Below are positions 19,819 through 30,006 of a stretch of DNA of 64,000 bases, piece after piece; position 1 is the stretch's first letter, and every line of letters starts with the position of its first letter. Position numbers and translations under genes: made by a program. The DNA is taken from contig CAWHVH010000014.1 of assembly GCA_963832635.1 (NCBI GenBank), positions 51,397 to 115,396 on the forward strand, read 5' to 3'. The notes under the pieces are model-generated. The model was not told where the DNA came from. It was given only the letters and a program-made list of their open reading frames with translations, and made no database searches. This DNA comes from Terriglobia bacterium. GTDB lineage: Bacteria > Acidobacteriota > Terriglobia > Terriglobales > Acidobacteriaceae.

Positions 19819-20728
19819 CTACTGTTCTCGCGGCAAGGCACTGGCCAGCAGGAGAACGGTCCCTCCGAACATAAGCGTATCGAAAAAATAATTCAGGCCT
19901 TCGAGGGTGGAGCGTTCCACGACCGCGATTGGCACATAAACGACCAAGATCCCGAGAAGCACGATCAGTCCCGTCCACGTCGCCGCCGTACGGGTCTTCT
20001 TGCCGATCAGCAGTAGCATCCCGTGACTGCGTAAACTGCGGCCGTCAGGTAGGTCCAGAGGAGTGCCCGAGGACATACCCAGGAGTCACCAGTTCCAGCG
20101 GAATGCCGGGGACATGGTCCGCGTGCAGGAATTGCTCGAAGCTGTAGTAGAGCACCGCGATGGCAATGATGTATCGGGCAATCGTGGCAAAGATGTGCGC
20201 GCCGCGCTCGCGCCCCTTGTCACTGAGGCTTGCGGCTAGCGCCAGAGGACCGGCGCCGAAGGAGAGTTCCCGCAGCATGAGCGCGAGGGCGAAGCGATTT
20301 CCGGGATTTCGCGCCCAACCCGGGGCATCCATCAGTGAGACGAAAAGGAAAAACGTCAAGGCAAGCAGGCTCGCCGCGAGCCGCGTCTGAATCTTCGTCA
20401 CCAGGCTCAGCCCGGCTGCGATGAAGCAAGTTCCTATGAAATAGGCCCAAAACACATGCCAGGGAACTACTTTGGGCACCATGGAGGCGATGATCCGGTT
20501 GATGGTGAAGTGTTCGGTGCCGAAGGCCGCGATGGGCGCCGCGTACAACAGCGGGCCGAACAGAATCAGCTTGTCGAATCCTTGTGCCTTTTGCCAATCT
20601 CCGCGAAGGAATATCGTGACCAGGCCGATGGCAAAAACCGTTCCACCGACAAAATACGACCAGCCTACCTCGCTGGGGATGGTAAAGAGAGCCATGACTG
20701 CCGAGGAATTCACCAAGCTGACGCTCAT
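19819..20728 (-). pseudogene. DoxX-like polytopic membrane protein, interrupted by one or two frameshifts
   Basis: ORF 20045..20728 (multiple TM helices) and ORF 19819..20076 (further TM helices, LLLIGKKTRTAATWTGLIVLL) overlap in different frames. The third frame encodes a TM-like ALLWTYLTAAVYAVTG across the junction. Confidence 0.45.
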
Positions 20729-20874
20729 GCTGATTCCTTTCCGCCACGGTGCTAACGTCAGGTCGGTTAGACGTAGTCGAAAGCCAAAAAGGTATCAGCG
20801 CGAACCCCTCCCTTTTCGTTAACCAGCAATCACTGAGGATATAAGCGGAGGTGCGTGGAGCACTTGCGCCCAGA

Positions 20875-20905
20875 TAAAAAGGGGACAGCCGAGGCGGCTG
20901 TCCCT
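20875..20905 (-). terminator. Rho-independent terminator of the M20 peptidase gene
   Basis: Stem GGGACAGCC / GGCTGTCCC. On the minus strand it is followed by a T5 run (plus-strand A-run at 20876-20880). Confidence 0.7.
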
Positions 20906-20946
20906 ACATGTTGTGTCTCTGCGACCGGCGACCGGCCGCCCGCGAC

Positions 20947-22320
20947 CTACTTCCCCAGCTTCTCGAAAAACAGGCAGATGCTTTCGATCCCCCGGTGGAA
21001 GTTCGGGATGTGGAACTTCTCGTTGGGAGCGTGCAGGTTGTCGTCGGGGAGGCCGAAACCCATCATGACGCTGGGAATCTTCAGCACGTCCTGAAAATCC
21101 GTGACGATCGGAATCGAGCCGCCGGAGCGGATGAAGACCGTGTCTTTCTTGAAGATCTCGTGCATGGCTTCGGTCGAGGCCTTGACGTATTTGTTGTCGG
21201 TGCCCACGACGCAGGCCGGGCCTTTGCTCCAGACTTTGATTTTGGTATCGATTCCCTTGGGCGTTAGCTTCTTCACGAAGGCGGTGTAGCGCTTGAGGAT
21301 GTCGTCGGGGTCTTGATTGGGGACCAGACGCATGGAGACCTTCGCGGCGGCTTTTGCCGGGATCACGGTCTTAGCGCCGGGAGCGGTGAAGCCTCCGGGC
21401 ATGCCGTGGACTTCGAGCGTGGGCCGTGCCCAGGTGCGATAGAGAACGCTGAAGCCGGGCTCTCCGGTGAGGACTTTCGATCCGACTTCTGCCTTGCGAT
21501 ATTTCTCTTCGTTGAAGGGAAGCTTCTTCCAGGCTTTGAGTTCGTCTTTGCTGGGAGCTTTTACTTTGGAATAGAAGCCGGGGATCAGCACTTTGCCCTT
21601 CGAATCTTTCAGCTTGCTGATGATCTCGATCAGCGCGAAGAACGGGTTCGGAGCGGCGCCTCCGTACATACCCGAGTGCAGATCGGACTTCGCGCCATAA
21701 GCTTCGATCTCGGTGTAGACGAGGCCCCGCAGACCGACGCACAGTGTGGGAAGATCGGGCGCGAAGAGTTCGGTATCGCAGACCAGAGCGAAATCGGCTT
21801 TCAGCTTCTGCTTTTGCTTGCGGACGTATTCCGCGATCGACTCGCCTCCGACTTCCTCTTCACCTTCGAAGATGATCTTCACGTTGAGCGGCAGCTTGCC
21901 ATCGTGCGCTTTCATCAGTGATTCGAGGGCCTTCACTTCCATCCAGAGTTGACCCTTATCGTCGACGGCGCCGCGCGCATAGATATTGCTGTTCCGTTCG
22001 GTAGGCTCAAAAGGCGGCGACTTCCACTCGTCGAGCGGATCGGGCGGCTGCACGTCGAAGTGCGCGTACATGAGAACGGTCGGCTTGCCGGGAGCATTGA
22101 GCCAGTCGGCATAGAGCAGCGGATGCCCTTTGGTAGGAATGAGTTCGACATTTTCCATGCCGATGCGGCGCAACTCGCTGGCCACGAATTCGGCAGCCTT
22201 TTGCACGTCGGACTTGTGTTCTTCGAGAGTACTGATGCTAGGAATGCGGAGCAGATCTTTCAGTTCGTTGAGGAAGCGTTGCTGGTTATCGCGGGCGTAG
22301 CTGACTGCAGGGGAAGCCAT
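20947..22320 (-). CDS. M20-family dipeptidase / metallohydrolase
   Basis: M20 motifs (YAHFDVQP, RGAVDDKG, FEGEEEVGG). Start placed at Met 22320. Confidence 0.85.
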   Translation of the reverse strand: MASPAVSYARDNQQRFLNELKDLLRIPSISTLEEHKSDVQKAAEFVASELRRIGMENVELIPTKGHPLLYADWLNAPGKPTVLMYAHFDVQPPDPLDEWKSPPFEPTERNSNIYARGAVDDKGQLWMEVKALESLMKAHDGKLPLNVKIIFEGEEEVGGESIAEYVRKQKQKLKADFALVCDTELFAPDLPTLCVGLRGLVYTEIEAYGAKSDLHSGMYGGAAPNPFFALIEIISKLKDSKGKVLIPGFYSKVKAPSKDELKAWKKLPFNEEKYRKAEVGSKVLTGEPGFSVLYRTWARPTLEVHGMPGGFTAPGAKTVIPAKAAAKVSMRLVPNQDPDDILKRYTAFVKKLTPKGIDTKIKVWSKGPACVVGTDNKYVKASTEAMHEIFKKDTVFIRSGGSIPIVTDFQDVLKIPSVMMGFGLPDDNLHAPNEKFHIPNFHRGIESICLFFEKLGK

Positions 22321-22406
22321 AGGTGTATCCCTTTCTCGCGTGTGAAGCGGTCGCAATTCTCTTCAAGCGTGACCACAGAAACCCCTCAGTATACTCCGCG
22401 CGCGGG

Positions 22407-24008
22407 TCAGGCATACGCGAGTTTGCGCCGCCGACCGACGAAAGCGGCTGTCAAACAGAACAGAGTCAACAGCAGGTACCGGAGGGGCTGGCTGCTGAGG
22501 GGCGTGGTCCCCATAAAGTCCATTCCGGGCACGTGGTTGGCGGGCCCGATATACCACCACACCGTGTAAAGAGCCTCAAAGGGCTTGCTGCTGCCGCTCC
22601 AGACCCCGAGCGCAAGAGCCATGCTGGGGATGAACAGCGCTCCGGCAAACCAGGCCAGAAGGCCGTTTCGGTCTCCGGCGATGAGCAGTCGCAGCCCGAG
22701 TCCACCTCCGGTGATCATTGCTACCAGCACCCCCGCGCCCCAGACAGCCGGCAACTGGCGAAGCAGAGCGTGATCGGAGGAAAAGATCAGCGACTCCGTC
22801 GCCCACCGGGCTTCCCGGGCACCCATCTGCGACCAGAGAAGTACCGGCCACATCCAGGCTGCAATGATGATTCCCCCGCGCGATGCGTCCAAGGGCGAAG
22901 CCAGGCAAGCGATAAAAAGGCCCGCCGCCACCACGTACCACCACCATGGGTGTCCCTTAAGCATCAGGCGCAGTTCCGAGATCACCAGATGCAGGAACCT
23001 CGCCTCCGCTTTTCCTCGCACCAAGGGAGTGAGGCGGGCGGGATTGGTGGCTGGCGATGAAACGCGAACCACCGGTTCCACGGCCCCATTCGCCGAGGCC
23101 GGCAGACCGCTTCGCGCCTTGGGAAACAATTCGCGCGCCGGATCGAAGCGATGAAAGAGGAGTGACGCGAACAGAGCAGTCAATACGGCCCAAAGCAACC
23201 AGGTCAGCCTGGCAAGAATCTGGATCGAGTTCCATTTCACGCCATTCCACACGAAGCGTTTGGTAGGTGCATTCTCTCCGATGTTGAGCGCGGAGCCGCC
23301 TTTGTAATCGGGATCGGTACTGCGAAGGCTGGTCTGCATCTGGCTCATGACGGAGGCGACGCCCGTGAAGTCCCGGAAATACAGCGAGTCATGATGCGGC
23401 GTCCCCATTTCGAGCTCAGAGATGCCGCCGCCCGCGAGCAGCGCTACCCAGACGAAAAAATAGGCGACGTTTCCCACTCCGCCGCGCAACCCCGGCAAGG
23501 TCTCGAAGAGAACTGCCAAGGCAGCAGTGAAGGCCATCGCCGGCAACGCAAACAACAACAACGGTGAGAACAGCGCCCAGAGATTGAGGTGTGGATCCTC
23601 GGCGCGGAGCAATTGCATGCACAACGCAGCCGCGCCCATCACCAGCACCATGGCCGCGAGCACCGCAAAATTGCTGAGCGCCTTCGCCACCGTGTAGAAG
23701 CTCTTGCTCATGGGCGTGGTGGCAAGAATCTGTCCTACGCGCGTCTGCTGGTCCCGCTGGATTGCGTTCTTGACCACATAGAAGCCGATTAGACTGAGAA
23801 AACAACTGGCCACGATGCCCATCAGTCCGCCGAGCCATGCAGAGTTGTAGATGCCCCTATAATCGTCGAGCCGCAGCATGATCTTGCCGGTAAACGCCGC
23901 ATACCCGAGATAGACCGCGAACGCCAGGGTCAGCAGAAAACTGTAGCGCCGCACCCGCTCCAGAAAATCCGCGCGGACCAGGTGATAGAGAACGCGGCCG
24001 CGGTTCAT
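22407..24008 (-). CDS. ABC-2-type transporter permease (large, polytopic)
   Basis: About 12 hydrophobic segments. Its start overlaps the stop of the upstream ATPase gene. Confidence 0.6.
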   Translation of the reverse strand: MNRGRVLYHLVRADFLERVRRYSFLLTLAFAVYLGYAAFTGKIMLRLDDYRGIYNSAWLGGLMGIVASCFLSLIGFYVVKNAIQRDQQTRVGQILATTPMSKSFYTVAKALSNFAVLAAMVLVMGAAALCMQLLRAEDPHLNLWALFSPLLLFALPAMAFTAALAVLFETLPGLRGGVGNVAYFFVWVALLAGGGISELEMGTPHHDSLYFRDFTGVASVMSQMQTSLRSTDPDYKGGSALNIGENAPTKRFVWNGVKWNSIQILARLTWLLWAVLTALFASLLFHRFDPARELFPKARSGLPASANGAVEPVVRVSSPATNPARLTPLVRGKAEARFLHLVISELRLMLKGHPWWWYVVAAGLFIACLASPLDASRGGIIIAAWMWPVLLWSQMGAREARWATESLIFSSDHALLRQLPAVWGAGVLVAMITGGGLGLRLLIAGDRNGLLAWFAGALFIPSMALALGVWSGSSKPFEALYTVWWYIGPANHVPGMDFMGTTPLSSQPLRYLLLTLFCLTAAFVGRRRKLAYA

Positions 24009-24886
24009 GCCGCGACTCCGGCGCGGTGCGCCGACAACGAGAACAGATACGCGTCCTCGAGTGTGGGGGACGCCGGCTGGGCGCCCTTAGGCGGTTCGGG
24101 ACCGAGAACACGCACGTGCACGCCGTCGCTGCGCCGGATCGTGTTGCTGACCAGGTGCCTCTGCTTGACGGCGTTCAGCTCCGAGCTCGTCACCACCCAT
24201 TCCCAAACTTTTCCTTCGACCCGCCGCAGCAGTTCTTCGGGAGTGGCGTGCGCGACCAGCGCACCCTGGGAGATCAAAGCAATGTCAGTGGCCGTGGCTT
24301 CCACGTCAGAAACAATATGGGTGGAAAGAATCACGATGCGCTCGCCCGAAAGATCAGACAGCAGATTGCGGAAGCGGACACGCTCTTCCGGATCGAGGCC
24401 GGCGGTTGGTTCATCCACGATCAGCAGTTGGGGATCGTTCAACAGGGCCTGGGCAATGCCCACTCGCTGCTTCATCCCTCCGGAAAACCCGCCCAACGGA
24501 CGCTTTCGCACATCCGCCAGATTGACGAGGTTCAGCAACTCGTCAATCCGGCGGCGCGAGGTGACGGCATCCAGCCCCTTGACCGCTGCCAGGTATTCCA
24601 GAAACTCCACGGCGTTCAGGTTGGGATAGACCCCGAAATCCTGAGGGAGATATCCCAGGACCGCACGCAGCATGTCGGGATTCGAGGCGATATCGACACC
24701 GTTCCAGATGACGCGGCCTTCGGTGGCACGGGTGATGGTCGCCAGAATGCTCATCGAAGTGGTCTTGCCGGCGCCATTGGGGCCGAGCAGGCCAAGCACA
24801 CCCGGGGCGAGTTCAAGACTAAAGCCACGCAGCGCCCAGACACTTCCGCGGTAGCGTTTGCCGACATTGTCGATCACCAGTTTCAA
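24005..24886 (-). CDS. ABC transporter ATP-binding protein
   Basis: Walker A GPNGAGKTT, signature FSGGMKQRVG, Walker B LLIVDEPTAGLD. Start placed at TTG 24886, preceded by GGAGG; the longer ORF-track N-terminus has no homology-like sequence. Confidence 0.85.
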   Translation of the reverse strand: MKLVIDNVGKRYRGSVWALRGFSLELAPGVLGLLGPNGAGKTTSMSILATITRATEGRVIWNGVDIASNPDMLRAVLGYLPQDFGVYPNLNAVEFLEYLAAVKGLDAVTSRRRIDELLNLVNLADVRKRPLGGFSGGMKQRVGIAQALLNDPQLLIVDEPTAGLDPEERVRFRNLLSDLSGERIVILSTHIVSDVEATATDIALISQGALVAHATPEELLRRVEGKVWEWVVTSSELNAVKQRHLVSNTIRRSDGVHVRVLGPEPPKGAQPASPTLEDAYLFSLSAHRAGVAA

Positions 24887-24956
24887 GCGTCCTCCCCGAT
24901 GCGGTAGGCTAAAAGACGAATAACACCAGACAAAAGTTCCATGAATCGGTGGCGAA

Positions 24957-26045
24957 TCACCGCCTGCGATTGGCAGGCACAAACCTGGAAGGAGAAAAGG
25001 CGGAGAGGTCGTGGTCCGGCGTCACGCCGGTGACCATCTGGGCCATCACCTGCGCGGTAATCGGCGCGAGCAGAATGCCGTCGCGGAAGTGTCCCGCAGC
25101 GACGAAATATCCCGGCGTTTCGGTGGCGCCCAGAATCGGCAAATCGTCGGGAGTCCCAGGCCGCAGTCCCGCCCAGTCCTCCAACACGCGAGCATTGGCC
25201 AACGCTGGAAACATCTGAATGGCTGCGCGATGCATGCGTTGAATGGTGTCGGGCACAGTGCGCTTGTCGAATCCGGCTTCTTCGACAGTCGCGCCAATCA
25301 GAATTCGCCCGTCGCTGCGCGGAACCAGATACACCTCGGGCGAGCGAACCACGTGGCGCAGCTTTGCGGCCTCTCCCACCACCGAAAGCATCTGCCCTTT
25401 CACCGGGCGGGTAGGGAAGTCTTGAGGAGGCACCTGCCCCGCCCACGCACCGGCACAATTGACGACGACGGGCGCATGGTAGGTGGTTTTCTCCGTACTT
25501 ACACCCGAGACGCGTCCGTTTGCGACCAGCACTCCCGTCACTGCGGTGCCCGAGGAAATATCAACGTCGCGATGCTTGGCAGACTTGAGAGCGGCTTTGA
25601 CCAGGGCACGCGGATCCACGCTGCGCTCTTTCAGGTAGAACGCCGCTCGCTTGGAATCGGCCAGTCCCGGTTCCAATTCAGCCAGAGGCGCCGGTAGCAG
25701 GCTCTCTGTCGTGAAGCCCGGTCGTTCAAAGACATGCTCGGGAGGCGGGAACACCAACGTTCCCTGATCGCGCAGATCGACCTCGATCCCCGACTCATCC
25801 TGTAATTCGTGCACGAACTCGGGATACATGCGTGCGCTCGCGGTCGCAAGGGGTTGTAGGGCTGCGGGTGTTTCAATTGTGCAGTCGGCGAGCATTCCGG
25901 CAGCGGCATAGGAGGCTTCGCGCCCGGGTTCTCCGCGTTCGACCACCAGAACCCGAGCACCGCGTTTCCGTAGCGCGATAGCCAGCGAGAGACCGATGAC
26001 CCCACCACCGACGATGATGACATCCCAGGTCTTCATTTTCGCCAT
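24957..26045 (-). CDS. FAD-dependent oxidoreductase, glycine oxidase (ThiO)/D-amino-acid oxidase family
   Basis: N-terminal dinucleotide fold DVIIVGGGVIGLSLA and a DAO-family C-terminus (GHFRDGILLAP). There is no thiamine gene context, so I did not assign thiO. Confidence 0.72.
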   Translation of the reverse strand: MAKMKTWDVIIVGGGVIGLSLAIALRKRGARVLVVERGEPGREASYAAAGMLADCTIETPAALQPLATASARMYPEFVHELQDESGIEVDLRDQGTLVFPPPEHVFERPGFTTESLLPAPLAELEPGLADSKRAAFYLKERSVDPRALVKAALKSAKHRDVDISSGTAVTGVLVANGRVSGVSTEKTTYHAPVVVNCAGAWAGQVPPQDFPTRPVKGQMLSVVGEAAKLRHVVRSPEVYLVPRSDGRILIGATVEEAGFDKRTVPDTIQRMHRAAIQMFPALANARVLEDWAGLRPGTPDDLPILGATETPGYFVAAGHFRDGILLAPITAQVMAQMVTGVTPDHDLSAFSPSRFVPANRRR

Positions 26046-26204
26046 TGTAAAAGAGTGACGGTGCTAACGCGCGGGAGGCGAGTGTGCATATGCCCGAAAG
26101 CCCTCCACGCCAGGTTACTTTCGAACGAACCCTTTTGGGTACGCTGAGTCTACTGTTTACCCACTTATAATCCCCCAAGGCGCGGGCCCTCCCCAAAATC
26201 CTTC

Positions 26205-28394
26205 ATGACAACTTCGCAGGAAACGCCGGCTTCCACGACAGCTCAGTCTCCCTGGGTCTACAACCCGTGGCTGGATTTGATTGTGGGATGCGGGGCGTGG
26301 TCGGCCCCCTTGCTGCTGCTGACCTACGCGGCGGCGAGTTCAAGCACGCTGGCTTGGTCCGTGGCTTTTTACGGACTGGCGCTGTTCTTCAACTATCCGC
26401 ACTACATGGCGACGATCTACCGCGCCTACCATACGCGGGCGGATTTCAACCGTTACCGTATTTTCACCGTCCACATCACCGGACTGGTTTTGCTGACGCT
26501 CATTCTGTCGCACTTCTGGTTCCGCGCGCTGCCCTGGATCTTCACTCTCTACCTGACGCTCAGTCCCTGGCACTACAGTGGACAGAACTACGGCTTGTTC
26601 ATGATGTTCGCGCGGCGCGCCGGGGCGCAGCCCTCCAGGAATGAACGCCACGCGCTGTACTCGGCATTCCTGCTGTCCTACTTCATCCTGTTCTTGAGCT
26701 TTCACACCGGACCGTCGAACGATCCGCTCTTCATTTCAATCGGAATCCCCAGCCATGTCAGTGCGATTCTCGTACTGCCGTTGACCATTGCGTTCATCGC
26801 AGCTTCGGCTTTCGGCTTGTCCGGATTGGCCGAGCAAGTGGGATGGCGTCCGCTGCTGCCCTCGCTCACGCTGTTCTCGACCCAGTTCATCTGGTTCCTT
26901 CTGCCCACGGCCTTATCCCTTGGGGAACGCCTGCGGATTCCGCAGAGCCGCTACAGCACCGGGGTGCTGGCCGTCATGCACTCGGCGCAATATCTCTGGA
27001 TCACCAGCTACTACGCACGCCGCGAAGCCAAAGCCGGCGGCGAGGCCCGTTGGCGGCCCTTCGCGTACTTTGGTGTGCTGATTGCCGGTGGCATCGCTCT
27101 CTTCATCCCTGGGCCGTGGCTTGCCAGCAAGCTGTTTCATTATGACTTCACCGCCAGCTTCCTGATCTTCACTGCGCTGGTCAACCTGCACCATTTCATT
27201 CTGGATGGCGCCATCTGGAAGCTGCGGGATGGACGGATCGCCGCCGTCCTGCTCAACTCCAAGGAGCGCTTCGCCAATGTAACCGACGAGGCCGGCACCC
27301 GGGCGGTTTCGGGATTGCGGTGGCTGGTAAGCAGTTCACCAGGCGCGCGCCGTTTGCGCGTGGGCGCCGCTTTGGCTCTCCTGGCCTTGGGCACGGTCGA
27401 TCAGTTTCGCTATTACCTCGTATTACACGGCGAGAATCTTGCCGACCTGCAACGGGCCGCGGCGATGAATTCTTTCGACAGTTCGCTCGAAACACGTCTT
27501 GGCCACAAGGAACTGGAGATGGGGGACACGCAGGACGCGGTCGTGGCGCTGCAAGAGGCCCTCCGCGTAAATCCCGCGGCGCCCGTACCGCGAAACACGC
27601 TCCTGAAATATCTGACGGACACTCAGCGCTATCGACAAGCCTACGAGCTGACCAAGAGGTCCATCCGGTACTCACCCAACGATGTCGACCTGCTGGTGGA
27701 TCACGGCATTCTGGCTGACCGCTTGGGACATCCCCAGGAAGCCGTGAACAGTTGGCAGCAGGCCTTGGGCGTTGACCCGTCGCAACTCCGCGCGCATCTC
27801 TATCTGGCGAATGAGTTCGACAAGCAGGGAAACGCGACAGCAGCCATCCCACATTACGTTATGTACCTCGATCAGTTGACAGGTGAGATCACGCCGCCTC
27901 CGGCCCGCGAAACGATTGCGGTCGTGCTTCGGCTGGCGCAGTGTCAGATCAAGGCCAATCGCCCCGGGCAGGCGGAGATTTCTTACGCATTGGCGCAAAG
28001 GATTGCCGCCGAAACGAAAGACCACAAGCTGGAAAGTTTCGCCGCCGTCAGCCGTGCCTCCCTTGAAGCGGGCCAGGGCCAAAAAGGGAAGGCTTTGCAT
28101 TTTTATCAGTACGCTCTGAAGATCGACGACAGCCTCGACGACCCTCGAAGCGAGGCCGCCGATTGGTATGGCTATGCCCTTTTCTTGCGTGACGCAGGAT
28201 TTGATCCCCGGCTGGCATATGCCTCGCTGCTGAAAGCGGAATCGCTGATGCGCTCCTCAGAGGATACGGAGGACGCGAAGCCCATTACGCAAGCTCGCCT
28301 CGACTTGGAGAAAAAACTGTCGGGGAAGGCGACTGCCATCCAACACAACCTTCAACCGGTTCTCCATGAGGCGTTAACCGTCTCCGCTGATTAG
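26205..28394 (+). CDS. Hypothetical protein: N-terminal polytopic membrane domain plus C-terminal TPR domain
   Basis: About 9 TM helices over the first 350 aa or so, with His/Tyr-rich motifs (NYPHYMATIYRAYH, SPWHYSGQNYG, MHSAQYLW, NLHHFILDGAIWKLRDG), followed by TPR repeats. Confidence 0.55.
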   Translation: MTTSQETPASTTAQSPWVYNPWLDLIVGCGAWSAPLLLLTYAAASSSTLAWSVAFYGLALFFNYPHYMATIYRAYHTRADFNRYRIFTVHITGLVLLTLILSHFWFRALPWIFTLYLTLSPWHYSGQNYGLFMMFARRAGAQPSRNERHALYSAFLLSYFILFLSFHTGPSNDPLFISIGIPSHVSAILVLPLTIAFIAASAFGLSGLAEQVGWRPLLPSLTLFSTQFIWFLLPTALSLGERLRIPQSRYSTGVLAVMHSAQYLWITSYYARREAKAGGEARWRPFAYFGVLIAGGIALFIPGPWLASKLFHYDFTASFLIFTALVNLHHFILDGAIWKLRDGRIAAVLLNSKERFANVTDEAGTRAVSGLRWLVSSSPGARRLRVGAALALLALGTVDQFRYYLVLHGENLADLQRAAAMNSFDSSLETRLGHKELEMGDTQDAVVALQEALRVNPAAPVPRNTLLKYLTDTQRYRQAYELTKRSIRYSPNDVDLLVDHGILADRLGHPQEAVNSWQQALGVDPSQLRAHLYLANEFDKQGNATAAIPHYVMYLDQLTGEITPPPARETIAVVLRLAQCQIKANRPGQAEISYALAQRIAAETKDHKLESFAAVSRASLEAGQGQKGKALHFYQYALKIDDSLDDPRSEAADWYGYALFLRDAGFDPRLAYASLLKAESLMRSSEDTEDAKPITQARLDLEKKLSGKATAIQHNLQPVLHEALTVSAD

Positions 28395-28401
28395 CGAAGG
28401 C

Positions 28402-28890
28402 TCAGAGCCGGCTGAGAAAATCCACCACTTCCGGATCACTCCAATCCACCGATCCAATAAACTTGCGCTGCAGAATGCCCTTGCGGTCGATGATGTAGGT
28501 CTCCGGGTACTTGAACGTACCATAGAGATCGCTGCTCTTCATATCCGGGTCGCGGACGGTGAGCAGGTTCACGTCGTGATCTTTCAGGAACTTGTGGTAG
28601 GCGTCACCGTCTGCGTCCAAACTGACGGCGAGCACGACGATACCCTTATCCTTCAGGCGGCGCTGCATTTCTATCAGCGACGGCATCTCCTCAACGCAGG
28701 GCGGGCACCAGGTCGCCCAGAAATTCAGCACCACCACCTTGCCGCGATAGTCGCTGAGCGTGAGTTTGCGGTCCGCGTCCTGAACCGTGAAATTGGGGGC
28801 AGCGGTACCGATTCGCGGTGGACGGGTGCCGCTATAACATCCGGCCAACATGAGGGTTGCAACAGCAATCAGAAGAGCGCGGGGTCGCAC
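28402..28890 (-). CDS. TlpA-family thiol-disulfide oxidoreductase (lipoprotein redoxin)
   Basis: Lipobox-like LAGC and the redox motif WATWCPPC. Confidence 0.85.
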   Translation of the reverse strand: MRPRALLIAVATLMLAGCYSGTRPPRIGTAAPNFTVQDADRKLTLSDYRGKVVVLNFWATWCPPCVEEMPSLIEMQRRLKDKGIVVLAVSLDADGDAYHKFLKDHDVNLLTVRDPDMKSSDLYGTFKYPETYIIDRKGILQRKFIGSVDWSDPEVVDFLSRL

Positions 28891-28915
28891 CTAGATATAA
28901 TACCTAATTCAGCCT

Positions 28916-29998
28916 ATGGTGGCGCCAGAACCAGTCTCGAACCGGCCGGTAGTCTCCGTGATCATTCCGGCACGCAACGAAGAAGCCTCGCTCGGCGCGT
29001 GCCTGCAGTCGCTGGTCGAGCAGACCGGACTGTTGTTCGAAATCATCGTGGTCGACGACGAATCGACCGACCGCACCCGCGAAATGGCCGCGTCGTTTCC
29101 CACGGTAAAGGTAATTCCGGCCCCCGCGATTCCCCCTGGGTGGAGCGGGAAAAATAACGCGGTCACCGCCGGAGCGAAACCAGCGAAAGGTCGGTGGCTC
29201 TTGTTCACGGACGCCGACACCGTGCATCGTCCCGGATCGCTCGCCCGCAGCGTGACCGAAGCCGAACAGCAGAAAGCAGCTTTGCTTTCTTATTCTCCGG
29301 AACAGGAAGTTCATGGAGTATTGGAGAAAGCAGTCATGCCCGTAATCTTCGCCGAACTGGCCGCGACCTACCGCCCATCCCAGGTCAGCGACCCTCGATC
29401 TTCCACGGCAGCCGCCAACGGCCAGTATCTGCTGATATCGCGCGAGGCATACGAGGCGGTGGGCGGCCATGCCGCTGTCGCCACCAGCCTGCTCGAAGAC
29501 CTGGAACTGGCCCGGAGAGTCAAGAAGTCCGGCCGCAAAATCTTCTTCCGCTATGGAAGCGATGCGGTCCGCACCCGCATGTATCGCAGTTTCGCGCAAC
29601 TGCGAGAAGGTTGGACGAAGAATCTGGCGCTGCTGTTCTCCTCGCCGGTGCGTCTCGCCGTCTTGCGTTCGCTGGAGTTTGTTCTGATCGCCGGCAGTGG
29701 AGCTCTGGCCATCACGGCGCTTGCCGGTCGCCGCTGGTTGGCGGCTGGTATGCTTGCCGCGCTGGCCGTCCTTCTCTACGCATTTCTTCTCCAGCGAATC
29801 CGTAAAGCGCATTTTTCGTGGGACGCCAACGCCCTCTCGCTTTTCGGGCTCCCGCTGTTTGCCTATCTCCTGCTTCGCTCTGTACGCTCGTATAAGAACG
29901 GTCGCGTCAACTGGAAGGGAAGACAGTACACCACGGAAGAGAACGTGACGTGCGCTCCGCACGAAAGCCGGCAAATTGCCGGCACAGTTTCGAACTAA
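28916..29998 (+). CDS. Family 2 glycosyltransferase with C-terminal membrane segments
   Basis: GT2 motifs VSVIIPARNEE, IVVDDESTD and FTDADT, with TM helices in the C-terminal third. Confidence 0.75.
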   Translation: MVAPEPVSNRPVVSVIIPARNEEASLGACLQSLVEQTGLLFEIIVVDDESTDRTREMAASFPTVKVIPAPAIPPGWSGKNNAVTAGAKPAKGRWLLFTDADTVHRPGSLARSVTEAEQQKAALLSYSPEQEVHGVLEKAVMPVIFAELAATYRPSQVSDPRSSTAAANGQYLLISREAYEAVGGHAAVATSLLEDLELARRVKKSGRKIFFRYGSDAVRTRMYRSFAQLREGWTKNLALLFSSPVRLAVLRSLEFVLIAGSGALAITALAGRRWLAAGMLAALAVLLYAFLLQRIRKAHFSWDANALSLFGLPLFAYLLLRSVRSYKNGRVNWKGRQYTTEENVTCAPHESRQIAGTVSN

Positions 29999-30006
29999 AG
30001 GAGATC

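Noticed and set aside
24887-24982. A longer N-terminus of the ABC ATPase, up to the ORF-track start at 24982.
   Set aside because: The extension overlaps the neighbouring oxidoreductase gene end and has no ABC-like sequence. A TTG with a GGAGG SD at 24886 sits right before the conserved N-terminal beta-strand.
26046-26204. A possible TPP riboswitch upstream of the ThiO-like oxidoreductase.
   Set aside because: I read both strands and found no CUGAGA element and no ACCUGAUC..GGAUAAUGCC..GCG core in the correct order. For the same reason I did not call the gene thiO.
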